Below are positions 50,936-61,741 of a stretch of DNA of 64,000 nt, piece by piece. The position numbers and the translations under genes were made by a program. How positions within the stretch are numbered: the first letter of the stretch is position 1; every line of letters begins with the position of its first letter. Below the pieces are notes generated by a model, which worked only from the letters and a program-made list of their open reading frames with translations, did not search any database and was not told the origin of the DNA. Source of the stretch: Asterias rubens (Eukaryota); contig NC_047071.1 of assembly GCF_902459465.1 (NCBI RefSeq), positions 1,488,001-1,552,000 on the forward strand, given 5' to 3'.

Positions 50936-51400
50936 GAGATAATTTTCCCGCCCTAATTTTCCATGTCGGCATCGTGCGGCTATACAGGTCATGAAATGTT
51001 GGGTTATGATACGTTCACGTCTTTCCGACCTTTCATACGGCAATACAGTGTGGAAACTACAGTTGTCGTCAGCTCAGTGTAGTGAATAGGGTGAGATAAC
51101 TTTCCCGCCCTAATTTACCATGTCGACAACGCCATGTGCATGGGTTATGAAATGTAGGGTTGTACGACTGCAACTTACCGAACGTACTTTATACGCCAAT
51201 ACAGTGGAAACTTGGTATAAGTTGATCATCTGCTGTTTTACTGAACAGTCAGATAATTTTCCCGCTCTAATTTACCACGTCTGCATCGTCATGTGCAGAT
51301 AGGTCATGGTCATGAACTGTTGGGATATGCGATCAGAACTTACCGAACGTTTATTAGCCAGTGACAGTGGATGAGTTGTCGTCTGCACAGTGTATGCCAA
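50936..51400. repeat. Three diverged 157-bp tandem units upstream of the DUF1761 gene
   Basis: (g/c)agataa(t/c)tttcccgc(c/t)ctaattt starts at 50936, 51093 and 51250. Confidence 0.85.
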
Positions 51401-52539
51401 CTGAAGAGTGTTGGTAAATAATGTCTAACCATGGTCTAACCTTTCTCAATGGTCTATACTCAGTAACGGTGCTGACAAGCCTAAAGGAAATAGGTCACTG
51501 GTGGCGATCTGATGCAGTCATGCGCAAGCAGATTTACTATGTCTTTTTGTGGAATATCAACACAGAGTGTTGCACGAACGCAAGCGACCCATTTTTTAGA
51601 GTGCCAATTTTCGACTTTGTTGCCAGCAAAGCTATAGCTACCACAGGTCAGGGGCCGATTTCATAAAGCAATACAAAAAACATTCATCGTTTACCCTTTC
51701 TGGGTCTAACAAACATGTTGGTGAGCTGGAATGATTCGTTAAAATTTCGTAAAGTGTTTTTTTTTCAAGACTCGCCTCTATCCATGTGTATCAATCTATT
51801 TTGTGTTCTATATAGATGGAATTCATCATCAATCATATCAATTATAATCGGGCAATTATAAAAGGTGTCCAGTGGCTTCAAACAAAATGTTCCAATTATG
51901 AAAAGGTTTTATGCAATCCAATTGGCCTCCTTTAATTACAAAGACGGTTACAATGCGTGTGTTTGTGGTGGCATATTGATTAGAGGATTTTGCCATAATC
52001 GATAAGTGATGATTACACAAGTCAACGGGACCCTAGTATTGAAACATGCGTGGTTTTCTGAGAAGGGCTTGTTTAAGGTCTTTAGGGTTGCTAGTATGGT
52101 TTACAATTTGTTATGTAATTTTAAATCTCGGGAAGAATTCGTTGCAGGGCACTGACACTTTTGAAGGAAAACAACGAACGCAAGCACGACCCGGAAGTAT
52201 TAATGTTAAACGAATTTGTTGTTAATGTTTCAAAATATTGTTGCCTCAGTCTTGAACTCTTTTTTCAACTTTAAATTTTTTTTACTCAATACCTGATGAC
52301 GACATCATGACGTCATCAAGTTTGTGTCGTCTTTATGATGTTCAAATTGTCTGATGAGTTCAACAATCATGATAAATTTCAATCGTATGTTGCATAGAAG
52401 AGTTTAGCGGAAGGGGACACGGAGGAGAAAAAAACCCAGAACCAAATCAAGATGCATTCGTGTCCATAATAGATGAACACCTAATCAGAACAAAATCAAA
52501 GAAGTGTTTGTGAAAATTGAACGAACACCTCATAGTATT

Positions 52540-53500
52540 GATCAAAGGTTGATACACAACACAACATGGTCTGGAATTCATAGCTCTGGATGTCACAAAC
52601 AAATTTGTTGAAAGGTAAAAACAGACACAATGCATCCAGGTATTCAAACTGGTTTGAACCCACCTAGTTACATCCAGCTGTTTCTAACTAACCCGTCCCC
52701 AGTACTCGGTAAATGATGGGCTCTCTTTAGTGGCACTATCAGTACTCCAGACAGGCCGCTATCAGATTATGTATTGGACCTTAGAAACCATTCCAGATAG
52801 CGACTGCATTTGATTTACTGATTCGCTCGCAAAAGTTGCCTTTAAAATCATGACTCCTTATATGGCTTTGCATAAATGTGTTTAAAAATAAAATCAGGAC
52901 AATTAAGTAGTGCAGGTCATTGAAATGTTTCTTTGACCTTTACCATACTTACTCGGCGTTTTGCTTTATTGTATGCAGATTCGGAAAACAATATACATGT
53001 AGTATTAAAGGGCAACCAAACGCTTTAACTCTGCACGTGGTCTGCTCAACATTTTGCTTTGTATGCAAATTAAAAAATTCAATAAAAAAAACTACTTCTA
53101 TAACAGATAATTAAAAGTCTACTCTATCCATCATCTGTTTTATTCTTCCTTCACGTCTTGTCAGACATCGCGGATTAACCAATAAGGCTTTGATTCCCAG
53201 TAGTTAAGATGGGGAGGCACGCCTCCCTTTTTCGGCGTTTCCGCGTGTACAGTACATACAACTAATATAAAGAAACTGAAAAGTATTTAACGTGGGAGTA
53301 AACATAATTAAATTGATCCAAGGATAATTTACAGAACATAGTCTGGAATTCATAGCACTGGATGTCACAAACATGTTGTTGAACACAAAACCAGACACAA
53401 TGCATCAACGTATATTCAAAGGGGTTTGAATCCACCTACTTTCCACCCATTCGTATCATAGGAACTTAACCCAGTACTCAGTCAATAATAGGCACCGTTT
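52540..53500. repeat. Dispersed direct repeat pair (~190 bp each, 772 bp apart)
   Basis: gtctggaattcatagc(t/a)ctggatgtcacaaac...cagacacaatgcatc...ggtttgaa.ccaccta...cccagtactc at 52569 and 53341. Confidence 0.8.
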
Positions 53501-53939
53501 GGTGGCCCAGCATTTCATACAGCTTTTTATCTCATTTTGTTATTGGACACACACTCCTATAGCAATTTTGCAACCCGCAAATGTATGGGAGGATTATGAA
53601 CATTGTTAAACTAACCTGCTATGATATGTCAACTTTACTGCTCGAGATTCACAGGAAAGGCGGTGGGGTGATGGGGGGTGGGGGAGGGGGAAAGGGGCAC
53701 CACGCAACCACTGTGTACCGCAGGTAGGGGAAGGGGTGGAGGGTCGGGTTCATCAGTGTTGCTCCGATCTTAGGGGATGCAAGCCTAATATTATCAATAG
53801 ACTTATCAATGATTGGACATACCGAAACCAACTTCACAAATTTAATAGATGGAAATTTGCATCGGGGTTAAACAATATTAATTTTGGTTTTACCCACGTA
53901 CACCGATGTGTGTTATCACGCCTCTCTAGCTACCGGGCA

Positions 53940-54490
53940 ATCTCGGTGGTCATAGCTTGTACGACACTGCTCTAGAATTGCAAAGGTCGTGGGTTTGAAT
54001 TCCACCCGAGTAATAGAGCCTGTGCCTTGTTTCAACAGAGCTTGGAAAAGTACTGACCACCGTATGGTGTATGTGATGGGTGACACAAAAATTAACCTGA
54101 CTTTAAATGGTACAGACAATGATGAGGATCAAACCAACACCATAATAAACTTTGGACGAGGAAACCAGCATGTATTTCAATCTTAACTCCATGTCATTTT
54201 TTTTATTCGATGAAAATTCTCACTCTTTATCAATTTTGAACTGGAATGACTCTATCCGTATTACTTGCTCAATCTGAGTGACTCCCTGCATATCGCAATG
54301 ATCAGAGGAAAGCTGGCCTTTTCTATATATCTGGAATTATGGCGCTTGCATTCATATTCGGCGATTTGTTAATTCTTATGCTCAGCTTTCCTGGCTCTTG
54401 CATGCCGACTTACAATTTCTTAGTTGTTGTGGCTGATAACTTCTTCTCTCGGTCCTCTCCGGAACTCATCTGGAAGCAAAACAGCTCGAC
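53940..54490 (+). repeat. Left arm of an old inverted duplication (decayed SINE plus unique sequence)
   Basis: Reverse complement aligns by eye with 59890-60620, e.g. atgatcagaggaaagctggc, gcattcatatt(c/t)ggcgatttgtta, gtggctgat, ctctccggaact. Confidence 0.8.
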
Positions 54491-54717
54491 GAAAGGCGCA
54501 TGGCTGCAGGACTCCTATACCTTTTTGGCAGCGTAATTTTAGGATATCGCACTTGGCCAAACTCTGTGCATTACAGCGTATGCATACAGGTCACTCACAC
54601 TGATAAGCATTGTACAGTTTTCTTTTTAACGTGCAATCACTAATTAGTGCACACACACGCACACGATGTGTAGGGCATTATGTCCTTTAATTATAACAAA
54701 AAAATAAAAATTATTAA

Positions 54718-55076
54718 AGATGCTATGTCAGATTTTTGGCCCCAAACATTAAAAAATATATTTTTTTGAGTGAATGGTACTTCAAAGAGTATCACCCGCT
54801 CTAACGAAAAAAAGTTAAACTTTTACTTTAAATTGTCAGGATCCAAATTTAAACGTTTCTTATAAATCACATAAGAACTGGTCACGTGATATATTTTTGG
54901 GATCCAGACAAAAACTAGTTTTGAGCACTTTATTTCACTGCTACTAATAATTGGCAGCCTTTTCGAGCAATGGCTCGAATGAAAGCTTGTAACTTTCTCG
55001 ACCCCCATCAAAATACCTATTGAATTTTATATCAAAATTGTTGGGTCAAATCGGCCAAAAATCTGACATAGCATCT
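54718..55076. mobile_element. Kolobok-like MITE (agatgctatgtcagatttttggcc ... ggccaaaaatctgacatagcatct)
   Basis: Perfect 24-bp TIRs; TTAA at 54714-54717 and 55077-55080. Confidence 0.88.
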
Positions 55077-55984
55077 TTAACCAGTTGCGACATATACATG
55101 CATCTGTCGTTTTAAAATAGTAAGAATTTACAACTTAATGTTCACTGGTGATGAGTCCATCACTCATCAAGGACAAACACTCTTTTACTGTTAAAAAAAT
55201 GATTGTTATAGTTTGTTATAACAACAAAATCATAATTCTATTCGGCAGGGCTCATTCGCTATGAAAGTCAATAAAAGGAGAAGCGATTTGTTGAAAGGGA
55301 TAAAAGGCAGTATAGCCTAACGTCACAAATCACAACTTCATGAAAACTTTGTGTCTCTCATGACTAAACTATTTGCCACCAAAAATGTTAAACAATATCA
55401 ACCTCGTTTAAACAATTAAACAAACAGCAAATTTATACACACAAAATTAACTAACTCTCTACACGTATAAATCATAGTACAACCTAAATGTACATGTACA
55501 TTATTCGCTCCATTGTCATTGTACTGCACTGTAACGTACGTTTAAACCGCGTCAAATATTATTGATGTAGTTGCCTGATACCTTTTGGAGACAACTAGCT
55601 TATGTTTTTCTCCAATTTGGGCGTGTTTTTTTATTTATTTTTTTATTTTAATTTGGCGGTTCATTTCGGAAGAAAGCCAACTATCATAACGTTATGTGGC
55701 AATAGGGGCACATGCCATCCGCCAACCAATGAGAAAACACATAATCGGTCCTGCATTTCTATTTATAGATTACCCAATGACTACAGGCCACCATAAAGAT
55801 TTACTCTCATGCGCGGATGAAGCCACTAAAATTGCAAGCATTTTAATTCAGCTTTTATCTCATTTTCTGAATTCGTTTCCTTTCAAAGTGATGTAGATTA
55901 TGTTGTGATCAACTCTTACACAACTATTTTATTGTCCGCAAGAAAGTGATGGTGATTTAAAACCTATTACAGCGAGCACCAAGT

Positions 55985-56156
55985 CTCGTTTCGAAACCAC
56001 GGCTTCTGCTCAAAATTCGGATCAGGCTATAGCTTGGCCCCGCGGTAGTTTTGACAAAATGCGCGTGCTTTGCGTTATACGTGCTCAGGGCGTCAGACGA
56101 GAAAACGGAGCCTGAAGCCGGATCCACAGCCGAAGCCGTGGATTCGAAAAGGGCCC
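55985..56156. mobile_element. Hairpin MITE (ttcgaaaccacggcttc ... gaagccgtggattcgaaaagggccc) 10 nt downstream of the 766-aa ORF stop
   Basis: Inverted terminal repeats; left end degenerate. Confidence 0.75.
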
Positions 56157-56165
56157 AAGTCTTTC

Positions 56166-58466
56166 TTACAATTCCTGTCGAGTTTTGTCTGCAGCTAGGT
56201 TATCGCCTGGCTTGTTTAATGGGAAAATAGCATGTACCACCTTATGCGCAAACTGACGTTCAGTCGTTGAGTCCATTTGAACCACTTTAGTGCTTCTAAA
56301 GGGTTTGCTAGCAAGCGCGTTTGTTTTCTCACTGATTTGTAGGCTGATGATAACTCTGTCTTGATAATCTGGGGAGAACTTAAATTCTTGCATCTCTGCT
56401 AAGGTATCGGCTTTGTAAGACGCCCCTTCGTAATCCCCAATAACATCTGAATTAGTTGTATCCAATTCCAAAACACTCCCGTGCAGTACTATCTTATTAT
56501 CCGTTTTTCCTGGAGACATAAAGTCTTCTACTTCCTTAAAATCTATTGAAATACTTTGTTGAACACTATGCCAACATTTAATCTCGTGTTCATTGCGAAC
56601 CCAATGCCACACTTCAATGTCCCGGTTTTCAGCTCTGTTTCCAATATCTATTGAGAATGAACCATATGGCTCGTAATAATTCTGCATTACGCCATCGTTG
56701 TCACACGAAAACTCAAAATTGCCAGAAAGATGGTAGTCTTTCAAAACTGTTGGTTTTTCGATGGCGGTTACGGGACTTAGTTGTAATTCAATTGTAACTC
56801 TATCTTGTGAGTCTGGTTTAAATTCCAATTTAGTAAACTTGCTCAGTGAATTTGCTTCGTAAGATTTCCCATCATAATTTCCAATCATATCGTCACCAGT
56901 TGGGTCGTCCTCTTTGACTTGCCCATGTAAAGTTATCTTGTTATTGGCCTCATCCATAAAGCGTTCGCTTTCCTGAAATCTGACCATAAAAGGTTGACGA
57001 TACATTCCACCATTTGTGAACGCGATTTTATTAGCCCCAGACTGCCATATTTTATAGTTTTGATTAATGTTTCTATTCCCAGCGCTAATAGCTAAGGACC
57101 CGAAAGGCTCATATTCAGAACCATGCAAGCCGTCACTATCACATTGGAAACTAAACACACCATTCAGCTGGTACTCTACCAGGTTTGACTCTTGTTCTTG
57201 TATTACTTCTCCTTCTTTGACTAAGGAAATGGAACGGTCCCCACTGTAGCAACATTTACTCAATTCTCTCTGATTGAATGTTTTCCAATCAATTAGATCA
57301 AAACCCAAAGCATTTCCCTTGGATATGCAGTCATCAAGGGCAAGTGCAGTATTACCATCTAATTCCCATAGGTTAGAGAAAACAACGTAACTATGCTCAT
57401 TCTCATTTTTATAATATGCGCTGATTGGAAGTTTCTGACCACTGTTAATTGAAAGGTCATTGATTGAATTATAAACTCTGCTGTAGTCAAATAGTGGAAA
57501 CGCCGGGCCTTGAATTATGGGCAATTCCAGATCTTTGAGCTTCTCGGGACATTCGATCTGCGTAAGATCTGTCAACAAGTCACATACCTTAAGAGTGCTG
57601 GCCTGAGGTAACATATATAACTGACCGAATAGTTCATTTCCTCCTAGACCGGGATCCGAAATGCTCCACGCATCGTCCACTCTTTTGTAGTTTCCTGGTT
57701 TGCTGATGGGATCTTTGATCTCCTCAAGAGTCAAGCCAACCAGATAGATGCCCAACACGTCTTCTAACAGGTGAACAGCATCAGCTGCGGAAACGTCAGG
57801 AAACTTGTTGGCCAAGTCGTAGAGGTAATCGATGACTGCATCCATATCTGCCGCACCATAAGGAGAATGCAACTTGTGATACCCCTGTTGTTTGACAAAC
57901 ATTTTAACAAACATCAGTAGTGCATTGCCGCCCAAGTCTTTGTTTTTGTTCAATGCTGACATCGAATCCGTTGGTTTACGCACTCGATACGAGGCAGAAC
58001 CGCTGCAGACAACATCATCTTCTGAGGTGACATCGTCTTCTGTCAAGTCGCATGTTATCTTCACCTTCTTGGCTGGAGGACCGGTGTATTCAATGGAGAA
58101 ATACCGCACAGCTGCAAACTGGATGTAGTCAAAGTCACCACCACTGTCAAAAATCGCCTTCGTCTCACCGCTTGGCAACTCAATACTGATCTTTCCTTTG
58201 TACTCCGATCCTTGGAAAATTCCATGTGCCTTTCGAAACAGCTCGCCGACGGACATGTTCTTGATCTTTTCGATTGCGGTTATAACAGATATCTGAAATG
58301 AGTCCCAGTTGACAAAAAGCAGAGCTCCGCTGAGCCGGTATCGTTTTGGGCTAGCTGCTTTTTCGCTTGGCTTGTTGTCCTCGGCATGAGACAGCGAAAT
58401 CCACAACAAGCTGAAGACAACAACCAATCGGAATAATTGCTTGAAACTCATGTTCCTCCCCGCCAT
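56166..58466 (-). CDS. Uncharacterised 766-aa secretory-pathway protein: signal peptide, four C2/DUF6598-like beta-sandwich repeats, helical insert, C-terminal RQEL
   Basis: 2.3-kb uninterrupted ORF; good Kozak context (acaaccATGG); n-h-c signal peptide ending SHA|ED; internal repeats at aa ~43-162, ~260-400, ~431-566 and ~577-713; upstream TATA box and a short 5'UTR intron. Confidence 0.9.
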   Translation of the reverse strand: MAGRNMSFKQLFRLVVVFSLLWISLSHAEDNKPSEKAASPKRYRLSGALLFVNWDSFQISVITAIEKIKNMSVGELFRKAHGIFQGSEYKGKISIELPSGETKAIFDSGGDFDYIQFAAVRYFSIEYTGPPAKKVKITCDLTEDDVTSEDDVVCSGSASYRVRKPTDSMSALNKNKDLGGNALLMFVKMFVKQQGYHKLHSPYGAADMDAVIDYLYDLANKFPDVSAADAVHLLEDVLGIYLVGLTLEEIKDPISKPGNYKRVDDAWSISDPGLGGNELFGQLYMLPQASTLKVCDLLTDLTQIECPEKLKDLELPIIQGPAFPLFDYSRVYNSINDLSINSGQKLPISAYYKNENEHSYVVFSNLWELDGNTALALDDCISKGNALGFDLIDWKTFNQRELSKCCYSGDRSISLVKEGEVIQEQESNLVEYQLNGVFSFQCDSDGLHGSEYEPFGSLAISAGNRNINQNYKIWQSGANKIAFTNGGMYRQPFMVRFQESERFMDEANNKITLHGQVKEDDPTGDDMIGNYDGKSYEANSLSKFTKLEFKPDSQDRVTIELQLSPVTAIEKPTVLKDYHLSGNFEFSCDNDGVMQNYYEPYGSFSIDIGNRAENRDIEVWHWVRNEHEIKCWHSVQQSISIDFKEVEDFMSPGKTDNKIVLHGSVLELDTTNSDVIGDYEGASYKADTLAEMQEFKFSPDYQDRVIISLQISEKTNALASKPFRSTKVVQMDSTTERQFAHKVVHAIFPLNKPGDNLAADKTRQEL

Positions 58467-58642
58467 GGTTGTACAACCTGTTGCGTATGTATTGCTCTCT
58501 AGGCAACTTAAACAATTTGATAAATTTGACTACTAACTGTGTTGTTTCACTTCACAATGCAAGACACGAGCGCTCTCAGTGAGAACCACTTAGCAATTGG
58601 ATTTGCAGTGAGGTACCGCAACGATTATAATAGAGTGCAGCG

Positions 58643-58651
58643 TTTTATATA
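58643..58651 (-). promoter_or_regulatory. TATA box (TATATAAAA) of the 766-aa gene
   Basis: Lies ~115 nt upstream of a candidate 60-nt 5'UTR intron (GTTAGT at 58537, caacAG at 58478) that ends 11 nt before the ATG. Confidence 0.55.
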
Positions 58652-59889
58652 GGATCTGAGCCATGGTTTGCTGATAGTCCATAACATCTGACAATCACAC
58701 AAAAGGGTAAAATCAATAATAGTCTAGTATGTGTAAAAAAACACCTCTCAAATTTGCATAAATTACAGACTATTTGCTGGCCCAGACAGAACTTTGTCAT
58801 TTGGACATAGGCACTATATTCTAGAGGGGTGTTCACTGTTCAGTCACCTGGCGCCCTAGATTGCCCCATGCACTTGGCAGGCGGGAAACAAAGGGCGGGC
58901 CTGCTATAGGTTGGTGACACAAAAACACACTGCGCGAAATGAAACAATCCTTTCACTGAATCTCTCTCACTGTGAACATTTGAACTGTGTGTGTCATTAT
59001 GTAATGTTGCCGCAAAAAGAAGACAACATTTTGCGAATTCATGTCAACATTTTGTAACGAATTCACTGGGAAAAGATCACCTCATTCACATAGACTTTGA
59101 AATCACCCTATAATTCTTTCTTGCTGTTAGACATGTCTAGCTCATAAACTCAGGTTGATTAAATTTAAAACATCCTGGGCTTCAGACCCTGACATATAAT
59201 CAGCCATCTAATCTAGCCTTCTGGTTGCTGCAGTAGTGGAGTAGATTTCACAAACAGTTAAAACTAGTCTTCTCGAGATAGGACAAGTAACTCGTTCTAA
59301 CTTAGAACTACCCATGATTATTATAAAACTCATTTAAAGAGTTCTAAATAGTCATGGGACCTAGAATAACTTTGTACAAAACATTGTGAGAAAAGGGCTC
59401 CATCTGAAGTAGTTTTTGAGAAAGAAGTAACTCACTTAAAAAATATTTGAACTGAATTCGGGACCTCAGCTGAGGTCCCGAATTCAAGCATCTGAAAGCA
59501 CACAAGTTTTGCGACAAGGGGGGCGGGGGTTCTTCCATTATTCTCTCGTAACCAAGGACACCGGGGGACTGACCTCTCTTAAAAAAGGTCCAGAGGTTCA
59601 TCACCTGACCATGGAGCAATAAACTGATGAAGTCCTGTCTTATCCGGGCCAGCAGTATGCAAATTTGAGGGCTTTTAACACACAATAGACTTGTACTTTA
59701 CCCCTTTGTAAGCATCGGGTTTTTGGGGGATTATCAGCAGCCAAGACTCAACAGTGATCCCATAATAAAGCAATCTGTGATCGATATATATTGGCCGTAT
59801 CTTATCGATATATATTTGGCTGTATCTTATACCATTTTTTTGTGTATTATTCCTCCATGCTTATACTGATACTTATACTGCTTAATACT

Positions 59890-60620
59890 TATACTGTTTG
59901 GCTTCCCGGACCCAATTTCATAGAGCTGCTTAAGCACAAATAAGCTAAGCACAACAAAATTATGCTTTCAAGAATAAGGTTACCAGCCAAACTGCTATGT
60001 CACATGTATTACCTGTGACTGGTATCCTGCTTATTTCTGCTATAAGCAGGAATTCTTTAAGCAAAGGTGTATGTTTAATCAGCTATATGAAGTCGGGCCC
60101 ATGACAGTTCCGGAGAGGGGTTGGGACGAAGAAGACATCAGCCACCGGAGTTGCAAAATTATAAGTCTGCTAGCAGGAGCAGTAAAAGCTACAGCGAGTA
60201 TAAGATTTAACAAATCGCCAAATATGAATGCAAACGCCAGTTGCATTAAATTGCTAGTCAAATTAAAGAAAATGCCAGCTTTCCTCTGATCATTGTGATA
60301 TGCAAGGAGTCATTCAGATTGAGCGGTGAAATATGGACGTTGAGTCATTTCAGTTCAAATTAAAAAAAGAGTGAGAGTTTTAATCGAATAAATGAAATGG
60401 TGTTTTCAGATTGAAATACATGTTGGTTTCCTCGTCCATTACTACAGTCTCATTTTGTCAAGTTAATTTTGGTTTCAAATTCATACAACTAGCACTGTAT
60501 ACTCAGTACTTTCCCGTGTTCTGTCAAAAAATCACAGAAATATTACTCGGGCTGGATTTTAACCCATTACCTTCTATAGAGCATAGTGGTAAATTATGGG
60601 GCAGTGGTCTAACAAACTAG
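59890..60620 (-). repeat. Right arm of the inverted duplication, interrupted by a Harbinger-like MITE (59908-60100)
   Basis: Similarity to 53940-54490 resumes across the MITE: ccggaactgtcat|gggaagccaaacag versus ccggaactcatctggaagcaaaacag. Confidence 0.75.
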
Positions 60621-60683
60621 ACCTGCGATACACCCAATAGCTAATGTTTGTCCAATCATTGATATAGTGTGTTGATAACTTAA

Positions 60684-61039
60684 AGGAACACGTTGCCTTG
60701 GATCGGACGAGTTGGTCTATAAAAAGTGTTTGTTACCATTTGTTATAATATGCATATGGTTGGAATGATGTTGTAGAAGTAGAATACAATGATCTACATC
60801 AATATACCTCGAAAATGCATTGTTTTCTTTTTACCTCGTCGACAAACACGGTTGGACATTTATGGGAGTCAAATGACGTTTAACTCCCATAAAAGGAAAA
60901 ACGTTCATTTTTGAGTGATACTTCTGTGGATAATATTCTACTTTTAATACATCTTTGTAACCATATATGCATTTTATAACATACGGTTTCAAACGCTTTT
61001 TATAGACCGCAACTCGTCCGATCCAAGGCAACGTCTTTG
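60684..61039. mobile_element. Kolobok-like MITE (aggaacacgttgccttggatcggacgag ... ctcgtccgatccaaggcaacgt)
   Basis: TIRs; TTAA at 60680-60683 and 61040-61043. Confidence 0.85.
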
Positions 61040-61741
61040 TTAAACTTCCATAGTTAAACTGGGACCACCTCAGGGAAATTCTTCAGAGAAGGGATTAACA
61101 GAACAACAATATTGAAGGACCCCACAACAGAGAGTGCAAAAGACAGTGAAGGTCAAACTGTTTTAAGTTGTCTAAACTTGGACCACGACGGGGACCTTCT
61201 TTTTGAAAAGGGATTAACAGAACAACAATTGCAGGACCCCACAATACTCGGGTGATCCCCTGATAAGAGCTAAACGAACGACCACTCACCGCTCTCGTAC
61301 TTACGTACCTACTTACGCCCCCAAGTGACCCACTCCACAAGGCAGGGCACTGGGGGCTGACCTGGGTGAGCCCCCGGAATGACGTCGAAAGCTATTCGAA
61401 CGCACCGGGCAGACCGGGGATGACCCAGGGAAGCTAAACGAACGCACCCATAGAAGGACCATTCAATACACACAATTATTTATTGTAATATAATAAAATG
61501 TTGTTTTTATCAAGGAAGAAATTTCATGCTAAGCAAATATTTGTGCTTAGCAGCTCTATGAAATTGGGCCCAGATACAAAGCAGACAAAGGACGATCTCG
61601 CTTTGATTTTGTGCATCGAGGATTTCGCTAAAATCAACTAATTGAAAACAATCGGCAAATACAGTTTGTGGAGGGGGGGGTAGTTCTCTCTTTCACTTGT
61701 CCTAGCATCAGGTCTAACTTTTTGAGGTAGATGATGAACAG

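Noticed and set aside
50936-51400. CRISPR-like regularly spaced repeats
   Set aside because: The intervening sequences are homologous to each other rather than unique spacers, the DNA is eukaryotic and there are no cas genes. It is a tandem duplication.
57282-57935. Complete Pol-beta nucleotidyltransferase domain spanning aa 178-395 of the 766-aa protein
   Set aside because: aa ~260-400 is better explained as another beta-sandwich repeat, so only the isolated GG...DxD motif is kept, as a low-confidence idea.
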